This document shows, in pieces, positions 1 to 10,507 of a stretch of 64,000 nt of DNA (positions are counted from its first letter, which is position 1; each line of letters opens with the position of its first letter). The notes under the pieces were generated by a model. It was not told the origin of the DNA. It searched no databases and was given only the letters and a program-made list of their open reading frames with translations. The stretch lies in contig CACBON010000006.1 of the NCBI GenBank assembly GCA_902540805.1, positions 6,081 through 70,080 on the forward strand. The letters are read 5' to 3'. Source of the DNA: an uncultured Alphaproteobacteria bacterium. GTDB lineage: Bacteria > Pseudomonadota > Alphaproteobacteria > Methylaequorales > Methylaequoraceae. The position numbers were made by a program, and so were the translations under genes.

Positions 1-1
1 T

Positions 2-364
2 TTTGTGTCTATTGAGATGAGACATGCACCATTTTTTGGATGGATAAAAGATTTGTCTGCACCCGATCCAACAAGTTTGTTTAACCTTTTTGGATTAATT
101 CCATGGGACCCCCCAATGTTTTTAACAATTGGTATTTGGCCAATATTAATGGGGCTTACAATGTATCTTCAACAAAAGATTAACCCACCACCACCTGATC
201 CGATTCAAGCTAAAATATTTATGATGTTGCCATTTATTTTTACTTTCTTGTTAGCCACTTTCCCCTCTGGAATGGTTGTTTACTGGACAATTAATAATAT
301 ACTTTCTATTGCTCAACAGTACTTTCTTTTAAAGAAACAAAAAGCGGATAATCCGGTTAGTTGA
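2..364 (+). CDS. yidC: Membrane protein insertase YidC, C-terminal part (5'-truncated by window edge)
   Basis: [21 protein letters not shown]...[20 protein letters not shown]...[15 protein letters not shown] motifs; frame is open to the window start; followed by engB. Confidence 0.95.
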   Translation, partial: FVSIEMRHAPFFGWIKDLSAPDPTSLFNLFGLIPWDPPMFLTIGIWPILMGLTMYLQQKINPPPPDPIQAKIFMMLPFIFTFLLATFPSGMVVYWTINNILSIAQQYFLLKKQKADNPVS

Positions 365-367
365 CAA

Positions 368-943
368 ATGCCTGAGAACTGGAAATTCTTAACTGAGGCT
401 CATAAATTTACTGATCTACCACAAGAAGAAATTCCTGAGATAGTTTTTTGGGGACGCTCAAATGTTGGAAAGTCTTCCTTGGTTAATTCTATTACAAATT
501 TAAAAATTGCTAAGACTTCAAAAACTCCAGGTAGAACTAGATCTCTAGTTTTTTTTGAATTGAAAGGAAAATTCAGAATTGTTGATTTTCCAGGATATGG
601 ATTCTCCAAAATTTCAAAAGGTGATGAATTCAAACTTAATAAACTTGTGGACTACTACATTAAAAAAAGAAAAAATATCTGTAAATTTCTCGTTTTAATC
701 GACTCTTTGCATGGATTTAAAAAAATTGACGAGGATATAATTAGTCAATTGAATATTTTTATTAAAAAAAAAATTTTCATAGTTTTTACGAAACAAGACA
801 GACTTAAAAATAAGTGCCAGCTTGATCATCTTAGAAATTTGAATGATATTGCGGGTAAAAAATTAAATAAAAAGTTCTTTAATACAAGCATAAAGCAAGT
901 TAATACTATTATTTTACTGAGAAAATTCTTAATGAGTTCCTAA
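368..943 (+). CDS. engB: Ribosome biogenesis GTPase YihA/YsxC (EngB)
   Basis: G1 GRSNVGKSS, TSKTPGRT, G3 DFPGYG, G4 TKQD. Confidence 0.93.
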   Translation: MPENWKFLTEAHKFTDLPQEEIPEIVFWGRSNVGKSSLVNSITNLKIAKTSKTPGRTRSLVFFELKGKFRIVDFPGYGFSKISKGDEFKLNKLVDYYIKKRKNICKFLVLIDSLHGFKKIDEDIISQLNIFIKKKIFIVFTKQDRLKNKCQLDHLRNLNDIAGKKLNKKFFNTSIKQVNTIILLRKFLMSS

Positions 944-951
944 TAATTATA

Positions 952-1848
952 ATGAAAATTTCCAAAACAAATACTCAAGACTTAATAAATAAAGCAACAA
1001 TTCTCTCAAAAGCCTTGCCATTTATGCAGAGATATTCAGGTAAAAATATTACCGTTAAGTTAGGGGGAGCTGTGATGGGAGAAAAAAATCTTAGCTCAAG
1101 TTTTGCCAAAGATATTGTGCTTCTAAAACAAGTTGGAATCAATCCAGTTGTTGTCCACGGTGGGGGGCCAAAAATAAAAGATATGCTTGATAAGCTTGGA
1201 GTTGAGAGTAATTTTATAAATGGCTTGAGAGTAACTGACAAAAAAACCATGAAAATTGTTGAAATGGTATTATCCGGCTCAATCAATAAAGAAATTGTAA
1301 TGGAAATTAATAAAGAAGGAGGAAGAGGTATAGGTCTATCGGGAAAAGATGCATTATTGGCAGAGACAAAAAAAATAAAAATACCCAATTCAAACCTCAA
1401 AGCCTCTAAATTATCAGATATTGGTTTTGTAGGACAACCACATAAAATTAATAAAGAACTTTTAAAATGGCTACTTCAATCTAATTTAGTCCCAGTTATT
1501 TCGCCAATAGGATTTGATAAGAGTTTTGAAACCTTCAACATTAACGCAGATATTATGGCTGGCAGCGTCGCTTCAAACATTAATTCTGAAAGATTAATTC
1601 TTTTGACTGACGTTGACGGAGTTCTTGATAAAAAGGGTAATTTATTAACAGAGATTTCATTAAGCGATATAAAAAAACTTATTAAAAACGGAACTATATC
1701 AGGAGGAATGATACCTAAAATCGAGACCTGTGTGAAAGCTGTTAGAGAGGGTGTAAAAGCCGCAGTTATATTAAATGGCAAAGTTCCACATGCAATTTTA
1801 TTAGAGATTTTTACTGAAAGAGGCTTAGGTACCTTGATCACCAGCTGA
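952..1848 (+). CDS. argB: Acetylglutamate kinase
   Basis: VKLGG, VVVHGGGP, GLRVTD, NINAD, GGMIPK, ILLEIFT motifs. Confidence 0.97.
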   Translation: MKISKTNTQDLINKATILSKALPFMQRYSGKNITVKLGGAVMGEKNLSSSFAKDIVLLKQVGINPVVVHGGGPKIKDMLDKLGVESNFINGLRVTDKKTMKIVEMVLSGSINKEIVMEINKEGGRGIGLSGKDALLAETKKIKIPNSNLKASKLSDIGFVGQPHKINKELLKWLLQSNLVPVISPIGFDKSFETFNINADIMAGSVASNINSERLILLTDVDGVLDKKGNLLTEISLSDIKKLIKNGTISGGMIPKIETCVKAVREGVKAAVILNGKVPHAILLEIFTERGLGTLITS

Positions 1849-2507
1849 TGTTAATTCAAAATTTAGTAAAAAAGAAAAATTGGTTATTTGATTTAGACAA
1901 TACATTGTATTCACCAAATCTAGGTATATTTTCTCAAATTGACGAAAGAATGAAAAAATTCATTTCGCAAAAGCTTGAGTTATCCGAAACAAAATCTTTT
2001 ATATTACAGAAGAATTTTTATAAGAAATATGGAACGACACTTTATGGATTGATGAAACACTATGAAGTTGATCCCCAAGAATTTTGTAATTATGTTCACA
2101 ATATTAATTTAAAGAACTTAAAACACTCTAAAATTCTAAGAAGTAAACTTCAAAATCTCCCTGGTCGCAAAATCGTATATACAAATGGTGATTATAAGTA
2201 TGCAAAAAAAATTTTGGGACGTTTAGGAATCGAAGATCAGTTCGTAGACATTTTTGATATAACAAAGTCAAATTATATACCAAAGCCAATGAAATCGTCA
2301 CTCAATAAATTAATAAAAGAATATGAACTAAATCCTCTGGAAACTGCTTATTTTGACGATTTAGAAAAAAATCTTATGTCAGCATCACTTAAGGGGTTTA
2401 CTACCATACATATTTCAGAGAAATCAAGTAGTGAATCTCAATCTTACATTGATTTTAGATTTAAAACTGTAATAAATGCTTTAGATGTGATAAGTAAAGT
2501 TTTATAA
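1848..2507 (+). CDS. Pyrimidine 5'-nucleotidase (HAD family)
   Basis: [29 protein letters not shown] motifs; usual position after argB. Confidence 0.88.
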   Translation: MLIQNLVKKKNWLFDLDNTLYSPNLGIFSQIDERMKKFISQKLELSETKSFILQKNFYKKYGTTLYGLMKHYEVDPQEFCNYVHNINLKNLKHSKILRSKLQNLPGRKIVYTNGDYKYAKKILGRLGIEDQFVDIFDITKSNYIPKPMKSSLNKLIKEYELNPLETAYFDDLEKNLMSASLKGFTTIHISEKSSSESQSYIDFRFKTVINALDVISKVL

Positions 2508-2521
2508 ATTATAAAAAAAAT

Positions 2522-3373
2522 ATGAATTCAAACTTTAAAGAAGAAATTGAAAAATATTGGGAAGAAAGAGAAAGTTTAAATTTTTCTGATCCAGATATAA
2601 AAAAAAATATATTTAGTGTTCTCCAATTACTTGACTCTGGTGAAATAAGAGTTTGCGAAAAAAAAAACGATAATTGGATTACAAATGAATGGATAAAAAA
2701 AGGAATTTTACTTTCATTTAAAACTCAAGACAATGTAATCTTTTCCAGTGGAATTTCAAATTCAAGGAGAGGTCAATATAGCTGGTTTGATAAAGTTTAT
2801 CTAAAAACATCCGGTTGGGTTGAAGACGAATGGACAAAAAGAAGTTTTAGATCTGTTCCTGGAGCGATAGTAAGGTATTCAGCTTTTGTTGCAAAAAACG
2901 TTGTTTTAATGCCTTCATTTTTAAATTTAGGTGCTTTTGTTGATAGTGGTTCAATGATTGACACCTGGGCAACTGTAGGTTCTTGCGCTCAAATCGGAAA
3001 AAATGTTCACATTTCTGGTGGAGCCGGTATAGGTGGAGTTTTAGAACCCTTGCAGGCTAACCCAGTAATAATTGAAGATAATTGCTTCATTGGTGCGAGA
3101 TCAGAGATAGCTGAGGGTGTAATTGTCAAAGAAGGTAGTGTAATTTCAATGGGCGTTTATGTCGGTGCATCCACCAAGATTGTAGATCGAGAAACAGGAG
3201 AGACTTATTTTGGAGAGATACCACCATATTCCGTTGTGGTTCCTGGATCGTTACCAGGAAAAAACCTCATAAATGGAGAAATCGGTCCAAGTTTATATTG
3301 CGCAGTTATTGTAAAAAAAGTTGACGCAAAAACAAGATCAAAAACTTCAATTAACGATCTTCTTAGGTCATAA
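2522..3373 (+). CDS. dapD: Tetrahydrodipicolinate N-succinyltransferase
   Basis: [45 protein letters not shown]. Confidence 0.97.
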   Translation: MNSNFKEEIEKYWEERESLNFSDPDIKKNIFSVLQLLDSGEIRVCEKKNDNWITNEWIKKGILLSFKTQDNVIFSSGISNSRRGQYSWFDKVYLKTSGWVEDEWTKRSFRSVPGAIVRYSAFVAKNVVLMPSFLNLGAFVDSGSMIDTWATVGSCAQIGKNVHISGGAGIGGVLEPLQANPVIIEDNCFIGARSEIAEGVIVKEGSVISMGVYVGASTKIVDRETGETYFGEIPPYSVVVPGSLPGKNLINGEIGPSLYCAVIVKKVDAKTRSKTSINDLLRS

Positions 3374-4521
3374 TGGATACAATTGAGTTATCATCAAAGC
3401 TTATAAAATTTAAGAGTATAACGCCTGATAATTCTGGAGCGATAGATTATATTCAAAAAGTTTTAAAGAAAAAAAAGTTTAATTGCCACATACTAGAGTC
3501 TGGAAGTAGCAAAATTAAGAATCTTTATGCATCATTTAAAGGGGGCGAGGGACCAAACCTTTGTTTTGCAGGTCACACTGATGTTGTACCTCCAGGTGAT
3601 CTGAAAAAATGGAAAACCAATCCTTTTGAACCTCATATAACAAACGGAAGATTGTATGGGAGAGGAGCAAGTGACATGAAAACGGCTATTTCATCTTTCA
3701 TGGTTGCCACAGAAATCTTTCTTAGGGAGAATAAATTTACTTTTGATGGAACCATTTCTTTCCTTATAACTTCAGACGAAGAGGGAGAAGCAGAGTTTGG
3801 GACTAAAAGTCTAATAAAATGGATAAAATCTAAAAAAAAAAAGATTGATTATTGTTTGGTTGGTGAACCAACTAATCCAAATAGAATTGGTGAAATGATT
3901 AAAATTGGGAGAAGAGGAAGTATTAATTTTTTGTTAGAAGTTCTTGGGGAACAAGGACACGTTGCGTACCCTGAAAAAGCAAATAATCCAATAGATAATT
4001 TAGAAAAAATATTTAAAGAGCTTCATAAACCTTTTGATTCAGGATCAAAAAGGTTTCAACCTACAAAATTAATTATCACATCTATTGATTCGTCAAACTT
4101 CACATCAAATATGATACCTGGAAATGTTGAAGTAAGATTCAATGTCAGGTTCAATGATAAATTTAATTCCCAACAAGTTATTAATCTTATAAAAAAAAGG
4201 ATCAAATCAGTGACAACAAAATATAAACTTTCCTCGAAAGTTTCTGGTGAGTCTTTTTTTAATTATTCTAATATTCTTACAGATTCACTTGTTAGATCGA
4301 TAAAAACAGTAACAAAATGTAGTCCAATATTAAGTACCACTGGCGGAACCTCAGATGCAAGATTTATTTCAGAAATATGCCCTGTCGTGGAATTTGGTCT
4401 GGTAGGAAAAACAATGCACAAAGTAAATGAAATGGTTGAGATTAGCAGTATTAATAAATTAACTAAAATTTACCATCAATTCATTAAAAATATATTTCTT
4501 AAGAACGAGTTTAATAAGTAA
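3373..4521 (+). CDS. dapE: Succinyl-diaminopimelate desuccinylase
   Basis: FAGHTDVVP, GRGASDMK, DEE, GEPT, GRRGS, GGTSDARF. Confidence 0.97.
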   Translation: MDTIELSSKLIKFKSITPDNSGAIDYIQKVLKKKKFNCHILESGSSKIKNLYASFKGGEGPNLCFAGHTDVVPPGDLKKWKTNPFEPHITNGRLYGRGASDMKTAISSFMVATEIFLRENKFTFDGTISFLITSDEEGEAEFGTKSLIKWIKSKKKKIDYCLVGEPTNPNRIGEMIKIGRRGSINFLLEVLGEQGHVAYPEKANNPIDNLEKIFKELHKPFDSGSKRFQPTKLIITSIDSSNFTSNMIPGNVEVRFNVRFNDKFNSQQVINLIKKRIKSVTTKYKLSSKVSGESFFNYSNILTDSLVRSIKTVTKCSPILSTTGGTSDARFISEICPVVEFGLVGKTMHKVNEMVEISSINKLTKIYHQFIKNIFLKNEFNK

Positions 4522-5263
4522 CTTTTTCTAAATAAAGTCCGCATGGTGGCGCAGTTGGGCCGGCTTTAGTTCTATCTTTAGATTTCAAAATTTGTAAAAC
4601 TTTCTCATCGTCCCATTTTCCAATACCCACATTCACCAACGTCCCAATGATAATTCTAACCTGATTATGTAAAAACGATTTACCAAAAACTCTAATTTCA
4701 ATATTGTCTTTATTTTTTTTTATTTTAATTGCTTCTAATGATCGAATTGAAGTTTTTGCCTGACAATTTATTGAACGAAATGCGTTGAAGTCTTTTTTTC
4801 CAATTAATACTTGAGACGCCTCTTCCATTTTGCCAGTATTTAATAATCTTGGGAAATGCCATACTCTATTTTCTAAAATAAAGGATGGCGTTGATCTATT
4901 AAAAATTTTATACAAATAAATTTTTTTTTTCACAGAGAATCTTGAATGAAAGATTGCAGAAACCTTTTCAGATTTAAGAATTGTTATTTTATTTTTCGAT
5001 TCTTTAAGTAAATAATTTAATGCATTTGATATTTTTTTTGTTTCAATGTGTGATTTTTGTAAGTCAAAATGTGCAATCTGTCCAAAGGCGTGCACACCTG
5101 CATCAGTGCGTCCAGAAACATAAATTTTTATTTTTGAATTAAATAGTTTTTCTAAACTAATTTCTATTTCTTCTTGAATTGATCTACCATTTTGTTGTTT
5201 TTGCCAACCTACGTATTCACTACCATCATATTCAATTGTAAGTTTAATTCTTTCCATCAACAA
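4511..5263 (-). CDS. truA: tRNA pseudouridine(38-40) synthase
   Basis: YDGS, GWQ, SGRTDAGVHA, SFLHNQVR, TAPPCGL. Confidence 0.97.
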   Translation of the reverse strand: MLMERIKLTIEYDGSEYVGWQKQQNGRSIQEEIEISLEKLFNSKIKIYVSGRTDAGVHAFGQIAHFDLQKSHIETKKISNALNYLLKESKNKITILKSEKVSAIFHSRFSVKKKIYLYKIFNRSTPSFILENRVWHFPRLLNTGKMEEASQVLIGKKDFNAFRSINCQAKTSIRSLEAIKIKKNKDNIEIRVFGKSFLHNQVRIIIGTLVNVGIGKWDDEKVLQILKSKDRTKAGPTAPPCGLYLEKVTY

Positions 5264-6210
5264 AATTCTGAAATTGAAATTTTATTTCCGTTTAAAAAGT
5301 CAAATGCAGAAATTGGTTTTTTTCCATTCCTTTGAAGAATTTTAATTTTCAAGAAGTCTTTACCACATCTAACTTCAAGATCTTCGTCCACACCGCCAAT
5401 CTTAAGTTTATCCTTTTTTTTGTAATCTTTTTCTTTAATTATGTCAGCTTTTAGGATTTTAATCCTCGTGTCTGAATCTCTTATGATTGTCCATGCTCCA
5501 GGTTTTGGACTAAAGGCCTTAATTTTTTGATTAATTTCGCGAGCATTTTTCTCCCAATTAATCTGTGCTTCATTTTTTTTTATTTTTTTAGCATATGTTG
5601 CAAATCTCTCATCCTGATACACATATTTAACTTCATTATTAATAATTTTGAAAATTGCATCTTTCAGTATTCTTTTGCCAAAGAAAACAATTTTCTTAAA
5701 TACGTTTTCGCAATTATCGTCATTTTCAATAACAATCTTTTGAGAAGTTATTATTGGACCTGAATCGAGTTTTTCATCTAGCCTCATTATACATACACCA
5801 GTTTCTCTATCATCTGAAAGAATGGCTCTTTGAATTGGTGCTGCACCTCGCCATCTAGGTAATAACGAAGCATGAACATTAATACTAAGATAATCTGGAA
5901 TATTTATAATTTCTTTTGTTAAAATATTTCCGTATGCAACTATAATATTAAAATCAATTTTTCTTTTTTTTACGTAGTCTAAGAACTCTCTATCTTTCAT
6001 ATTTACAGGAGTTAAAACATCAATTTTATTTTTTAAACCCCATTCATGAACAGGAGAGATGTTTACTTTTTTCCCCCTTCCAGAGGCAATTGGGGGCTTA
6101 GTAACAATATATGAAATTTTAATATCCAGAGAAAATAATTCTTTTAGGAAGCTTAATGAAAATTCTGATGTACCATAAAATCCAATGCAAAGTTTATTTA
6201 GACTCTTCAT
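5257..6210 (-). CDS. fmt: Methionyl-tRNA formyltransferase
   Basis: VAYG, INVHASLLPRWRGAAPIQ, LDSG. Confidence 0.97.
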   Translation of the reverse strand: MKSLNKLCIGFYGTSEFSLSFLKELFSLDIKISYIVTKPPIASGRGKKVNISPVHEWGLKNKIDVLTPVNMKDREFLDYVKKRKIDFNIIVAYGNILTKEIINIPDYLSINVHASLLPRWRGAAPIQRAILSDDRETGVCIMRLDEKLDSGPIITSQKIVIENDDNCENVFKKIVFFGKRILKDAIFKIINNEVKYVYQDERFATYAKKIKKNEAQINWEKNAREINQKIKAFSPKPGAWTIIRDSDTRIKILKADIIKEKDYKKKDKLKIGGVDEDLEVRCGKDFLKIKILQRNGKKPISAFDFLNGNKISISEFC

Positions 6211-6718
6211 TATTTTTTTTTTGAATTTTCTTAACCTTTTCTAGAGCTCTATTTTTTTTTAATTTTGATAAATAATCTATAAATAAGATTCCATCTAAAT
6301 GATCTATTTCATGTTGAATACAAACTGATAGCAAACCCGAACATTTCTTCTTTTTTTTTTTCCCTTTTAAGTTATACCATTCAACTTCTATTTCAGATGG
6401 TCTTTTAACATCCGCATAGTACCCAGGGATCGATAGACATCCCTCCTCATTAATTAAACTCTCGGGTGACGAACTTAAGATTTTTGGGTTTACCAAAGTC
6501 ATTGGATTTGATTTTCCATCCTCTTTGAGGTCAATTACAACAATTCTTTTGTTAATACCAACTTGAGGTGCTGCTAAGCCAATACCGTTTCCTGAGGCAG
6601 CCAAAGTATCAAACATATTTTTTACAACGCTTTCAAGATCTTCGTCAAAAGCATCAACATTTGTTGATTTGTACTTTAATCTTTTATCAGGTATTATTAA
6701 TATATCCAAAACACTCAT
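6194..6718 (-). CDS. def: Peptide deformylase
   Basis: GIGLAAPQ, EGCLS, QHEIDHL. Confidence 0.98.
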   Translation of the reverse strand: MSVLDILIIPDKRLKYKSTNVDAFDEDLESVVKNMFDTLAASGNGIGLAAPQVGINKRIVVIDLKEDGKSNPMTLVNPKILSSSPESLINEEGCLSIPGYYADVKRPSEIEVEWYNLKGKKKKKKCSGLLSVCIQHEIDHLDGILFIDYLSKLKKNRALEKVKKIQKKNNEESK

Positions 6719-6729
6719 TAAATTTTATT

Positions 6730-7716
6730 ATGATAATTACTAGCCAGGTTTTTTATATTATTATTCTTTTCTTATTGGTTGTTTTATTTTTACAATTTTT
6801 TATATCAAACAACAATACAAAAGAGAGAATTAAAATTCTATTGGAAAAACAATCTATAATTGAGCAATCTATATCAGATTTAATTATAAGAAATTTCGAC
6901 AAAATTGATTCAAAGTTCGATAAATCATCGTTTGAAAATCATAATAACTTAAGTCAAATTAGAGAAAAAATGTCTTTGATTGACAGGGCTCAACAAAATA
7001 TTTCTAGCCTGACTGAAAACGTTGTTGATTTAAAAAACTTTTTGTCGAATACAACTCAAAGGGGAAGATTCGGAGAAATGTTACTCGAAAATTTGATCAA
7101 GGATCACCTACCTAAAGACCATTATGAGTTTCAAAAAACATTATCAAATAGCTCAAGGGTTGATTGTATGATTATGTCACCAGGTTCTCTTAATAAAACT
7201 TGTATTGATGCTAAATTTCCAAAAGAAAGTTTTGAAAAATTCCAAAAGTCAGTTTCAAAAGATGAAAAAATCAAGCTACTTAAAAAATTTAAATCTGATA
7301 TCAAAAATCACATTACAACTGTTCAAGAAAAATATCTTATTTCAGGGGAAACTTCAGATATTGCATTAATTTTCATTCCTAGTGAACAAGTCTACTTAGA
7401 AATTTTTAGATTATTTCCAGAACTTAGCGAAACATTTTACATGACAAAAGTTTTTTTAGTTTCACCCACAACATTATGGATAATTCTAAATTCTATTGAG
7501 AGCCTCATAAGAGACAAAAAAATCCAGAATAATGCAACTTTTATTTTTCAGCATTTAAAGGAATTAAATAAAGAATTAATTAGACTTGAGAATCGTATTA
7601 AAAAGATGGATAGTCACTTTTCTAATGCTCAAATTGACCTTAATGATATTTTGATAACCTCAAAGAAAATTTCAAATAAACGAGAAAAGTTATTGAAATT
7701 AGACGATTCTATATAA
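6730..7716 (+). CDS. rmuC: DNA recombination protein RmuC
   Basis: N-terminal TM helix, coiled coil, RGRFGE, IDAKFP, FIPSE, VSPTTL; start moved to ATG 6730 because the longer ORF overlaps def. Confidence 0.9.
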   Translation: MIITSQVFYIIILFLLVVLFLQFFISNNNTKERIKILLEKQSIIEQSISDLIIRNFDKIDSKFDKSSFENHNNLSQIREKMSLIDRAQQNISSLTENVVDLKNFLSNTTQRGRFGEMLLENLIKDHLPKDHYEFQKTLSNSSRVDCMIMSPGSLNKTCIDAKFPKESFEKFQKSVSKDEKIKLLKKFKSDIKNHITTVQEKYLISGETSDIALIFIPSEQVYLEIFRLFPELSETFYMTKVFLVSPTTLWIILNSIESLIRDKKIQNNATFIFQHLKELNKELIRLENRIKKMDSHFSNAQIDLNDILITSKKISNKREKLLKLDDSI

Positions 7717-8308
7717 TTTTTTTTATTTCAGATCGAGAAGTAAATGCTGTTGACATTGTATTATAATCTAAAAGATCAAGTTCGCCTCCAATAGGAATTC
7801 CTTGAGCTAGTCTTGTAATTAAAATTTGAAATTTTGAACACTCATCAGCAATATATTGTCCAGTAATTTGACCCTCTGTAGTAGCATTAGTAGCAATTAT
7901 TACCTCCTTGAAAGAACCAGATTCTAACCTTTTCAATAATGAACCAATATTAAGTTGATCAGGGCCAACTCCATCCATTGCCGACAAGACTCCACCCAAA
8001 ACATGGTAAATTCCGTTGAACGCTTTACTTTTTTCTATTGCCCATAAATCTCCTATATCCTCAACAATGCATAGTTTCCCATTTTTTCTTTTTATATTAG
8101 CGCATATATTACAAGGATTAATTACATCAACATTTCCACATAAATTGCAGTAAGAAAGTTCAGATTTCACATTTTCAATGGTTGAGACTAAAGATGGAAT
8201 AATTTTGTCTTTATTTTTTAGCAAATGAAGTACAATACGTCTTGCAGATCTTGGACCTAAACTAGGTAACTTTGAAAAGATATTAATTAATTCTCCAAGA
8301 GATGACAT
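7709..8308 (-). CDS. recR: Recombination mediator RecR
   Basis: LPSLGPRSARR HhH, C4 zinc finger, YHVLGG, EVIIATNATTEG Toprim. Confidence 0.97.
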   Translation of the reverse strand: MSSLGELINIFSKLPSLGPRSARRIVLHLLKNKDKIIPSLVSTIENVKSELSYCNLCGNVDVINPCNICANIKRKNGKLCIVEDIGDLWAIEKSKAFNGIYHVLGGVLSAMDGVGPDQLNIGSLLKRLESGSFKEVIIATNATTEGQITGQYIADECSKFQILITRLAQGIPIGGELDLLDYNTMSTAFTSRSEIKKII

Positions 8309-8312
8309 ACAT

Positions 8313-8636
8313 CTAAAAAGGCAACTTCAAACCAGGAGGTAAGCCCATACCACCAGAAATCGAACCTAACTGATCATTTGTATTTTCAGAAATTTTCTTA
8401 TTTACATCGTTTAACGCTGCTATAATAAGATCCTCTAGAACTTCCTTTTCATCTGAATTAACAATTGAGGGATCTATAAAAAGACTCTTAACTTCGTGTT
8501 TTCCATTCATTACAATTTTTACTGCTCCACCACCTGAACTTCCCTCAATTTCAGTTTCTTCTATTTTTTTTTGCATTTCTGCCATTTTTTCCTGCATTGC
8601 TTTTGCTTGTTTCATTATTTGTGACATATTATTCAT
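8313..8636 (-). CDS. ybaB: YbaB/EbfC nucleoid-associated protein
   Basis: MKQAKAMQ, GSSGGGAV, LEDLIIAALNDV; between dnaX and recR. Confidence 0.95.
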   Translation of the reverse strand: MNNMSQIMKQAKAMQEKMAEMQKKIEETEIEGSSGGGAVKIVMNGKHEVKSLFIDPSIVNSDEKEVLEDLIIAALNDVNKKISENTNDQLGSISGGMGLPPGLKLPF

Positions 8637-10359
8637 TTTCTTCCCTTCTATTTAGTTTATCATTTTTCAGTTCTTGTATTGAAGTTACTTCAGAAGATGG
8701 AATGATTTCAAGAATTTTTTTTACAAAAATATCATTACTTATTTCTATAATCTTTTTTTTTTCAATTTTTCTATCATACTCTTTTAAAGACAGAAAACCT
8801 TTTCTACTAGATAAAGTTATTATCCATCTTTCTTTTTGAATCTCACTAATAAGTTTTGATGCTTTCCATAAAATCTTTTTTGAATCTTTATTTTCAGATA
8901 TATTTTCCAGCTCAATTTCCCTAATATTGCTATTATCTTCAATAGTGACTAATTTAAAAGAGGTTCTAAGGTGATGAGCTATTTGCATTTCTGATTTAGC
9001 TTCAATTTTATCTACAATCTTTTTAAATCTTGCCAAATTATCTATTTTTTCATCTAATTTATTTTCTGGCTCGTGAATTTTTTGTATTTTTGGCTCAAGC
9101 GCTAGATTCCTGTGAGTCTCTCTAATATCTAAATCATTCGGATTTGAAATTTGATTATCTAACATATTTGATTCAACATTTTCTTTAGCCTTAATTTCAA
9201 TTTTATCTTCAATTTTTATTGATCCATTTTCTCTCAGTAATTCAAAAGGTGTGGGCGTTAGAGAAATAAAACATAATCTCATTATAGTCATCTCAAAAAA
9301 TTGTTTTTCGTCAAAACAGTTATTAATTTCATTAATATACTTTTGCATGAGTTCCCAAAATCTAATCAAAAAGTCCATTTCAAAGTTTTTAGCGATAAAT
9401 TCAACAGTCTCTAAAATTTTCTTATCAAGGTATAAACTTTCAATATCAACTTCACTTTTAATTCTCATTGAATGGTAGGTTAAATTCATCAAAGTTTGAC
9501 TTAAAATTTTTACAGAGGCTCCTTTACTATATAAATCTTCAAATATATCTAACGCGCTTTTAGGATCTCCTTCAAATAAAGCCTTAATTAGTTGTAAAAC
9601 CAAAGTGTTGTCAGATAAACCTATAACGTTTTTGATATTCTGAATTTTTACGGGATTTCCTCTTGTAAGAACATTATCAAGAATTGACAAAGAGTCTCTA
9701 ACAGAACCCTCGGCAGATTGGGCTATTAAATTGCACCCTTCTGATTCAATCTCGAAACCTTCTTTTTTTGAAATTTCTTTTAAAAAAACACCAATTAACT
9801 CCGTATCGACTCTTTTTAACTGAAAACGTTGGCACCGTGAAAGAATTGTTAATGGGATTTTCTCTGTTTCCGTAGTCGCAAATATAAATATTACATCTAT
9901 TGGAGGTTCTTCTAGAGTTTTAAGTAATGCATTAAATGCAGCTTTTGATAACATATGAACTTCATCTATTATAAAAATTTTTTTTTTTGCAGAAACCGGT
10001 TTGTAATTGACGTTATCTATTATTTCTCTTACATCAGCAACACCAGTTTTACTTGCTGCATCAATCTCCACTACATCAATATTATTCCCGAGATCAATAG
10101 ATTCACAATTTTTACAGTTGCCACATGGTTCAACCATTTCTTTACTGAGGTTCAGGCAATTTACGATTTTTGCTAGTATCCTTGCAAGTGTGGTTTTTCC
10201 TACCCCTCTTGTTCCCGAAAACAAGTAGGCATGAGCAATTCTGTCTAATTTGACTGAACCCTCAATTATTTTACAGGTTTCTTCTTGACCTATTATTTCT
10301 GATAACTTTTGTGGTCTATATTTTCTTGCTAATACTATATAATGGTTAGAGTTCTTCAT
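8629..10359 (-). CDS. dnaX: DNA polymerase III subunit gamma/tau
   Basis: LARKYRP, GTRGVGKTT, EIDAAS, IIDEVHML, SRC. Confidence 0.97.
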   Translation of the reverse strand: MKNSNHYIVLARKYRPQKLSEIIGQEETCKIIEGSVKLDRIAHAYLFSGTRGVGKTTLARILAKIVNCLNLSKEMVEPCGNCKNCESIDLGNNIDVVEIDAASKTGVADVREIIDNVNYKPVSAKKKIFIIDEVHMLSKAAFNALLKTLEEPPIDVIFIFATTETEKIPLTILSRCQRFQLKRVDTELIGVFLKEISKKEGFEIESEGCNLIAQSAEGSVRDSLSILDNVLTRGNPVKIQNIKNVIGLSDNTLVLQLIKALFEGDPKSALDIFEDLYSKGASVKILSQTLMNLTYHSMRIKSEVDIESLYLDKKILETVEFIAKNFEMDFLIRFWELMQKYINEINNCFDEKQFFEMTIMRLCFISLTPTPFELLRENGSIKIEDKIEIKAKENVESNMLDNQISNPNDLDIRETHRNLALEPKIQKIHEPENKLDEKIDNLARFKKIVDKIEAKSEMQIAHHLRTSFKLVTIEDNSNIREIELENISENKDSKKILWKASKLISEIQKERWIITLSSRKGFLSLKEYDRKIEKKKIIEISNDIFVKKILEIIPSSEVTSIQELKNDKLNRREENE

Positions 10360-10377
10360 AAAAAAAAATCAAAAAAA

Positions 10378-10468
10378 GGAGCTGAAATTTAACCCAATAG
10401 AAAACGTTACGGCTGCTTCTTTTCAGTTCTGACCGGATTGGCGAACCTATTGCCTAAATTCAACTCCC
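10378..10468 (-). ncRNA. ffs: Signal recognition particle RNA (4.5S)
   Basis: Minus strand GGGAGUUGAAUUUAGGCAAUAGG...GGUCAGAACUGAAAAGAAGCAGCC...CUAUUGGGUUAAAUUUCAGCUCC folds as one long hairpin with a CAG../GNRA/AGCAG S-domain; sits directly upstream of dnaX, its usual position. Confidence 0.9.
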
Positions 10469-10507
10469 ATTTAAACTTATCATTAAACTTTTTACTTTTA
10501 AATAATA

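Noticed and set aside
6568-6729. 54-aa N-terminal extension of rmuC in the ORF track
   Set aside because: Overlaps def on the opposite strand; the TM helix begins at Met 6730. Extensions of kdsB, selO, rpmI, lptB, sppA and trpA were trimmed for similar reasons
8629-10359. Programmed frameshift or slippage in dnaX producing a gamma subunit
   Set aside because: The A-rich slippery runs (about 8752-8762 and 9978-9988) are not at the domain III/IV boundary, have no clear stimulatory hairpin, and similar runs occur throughout the window
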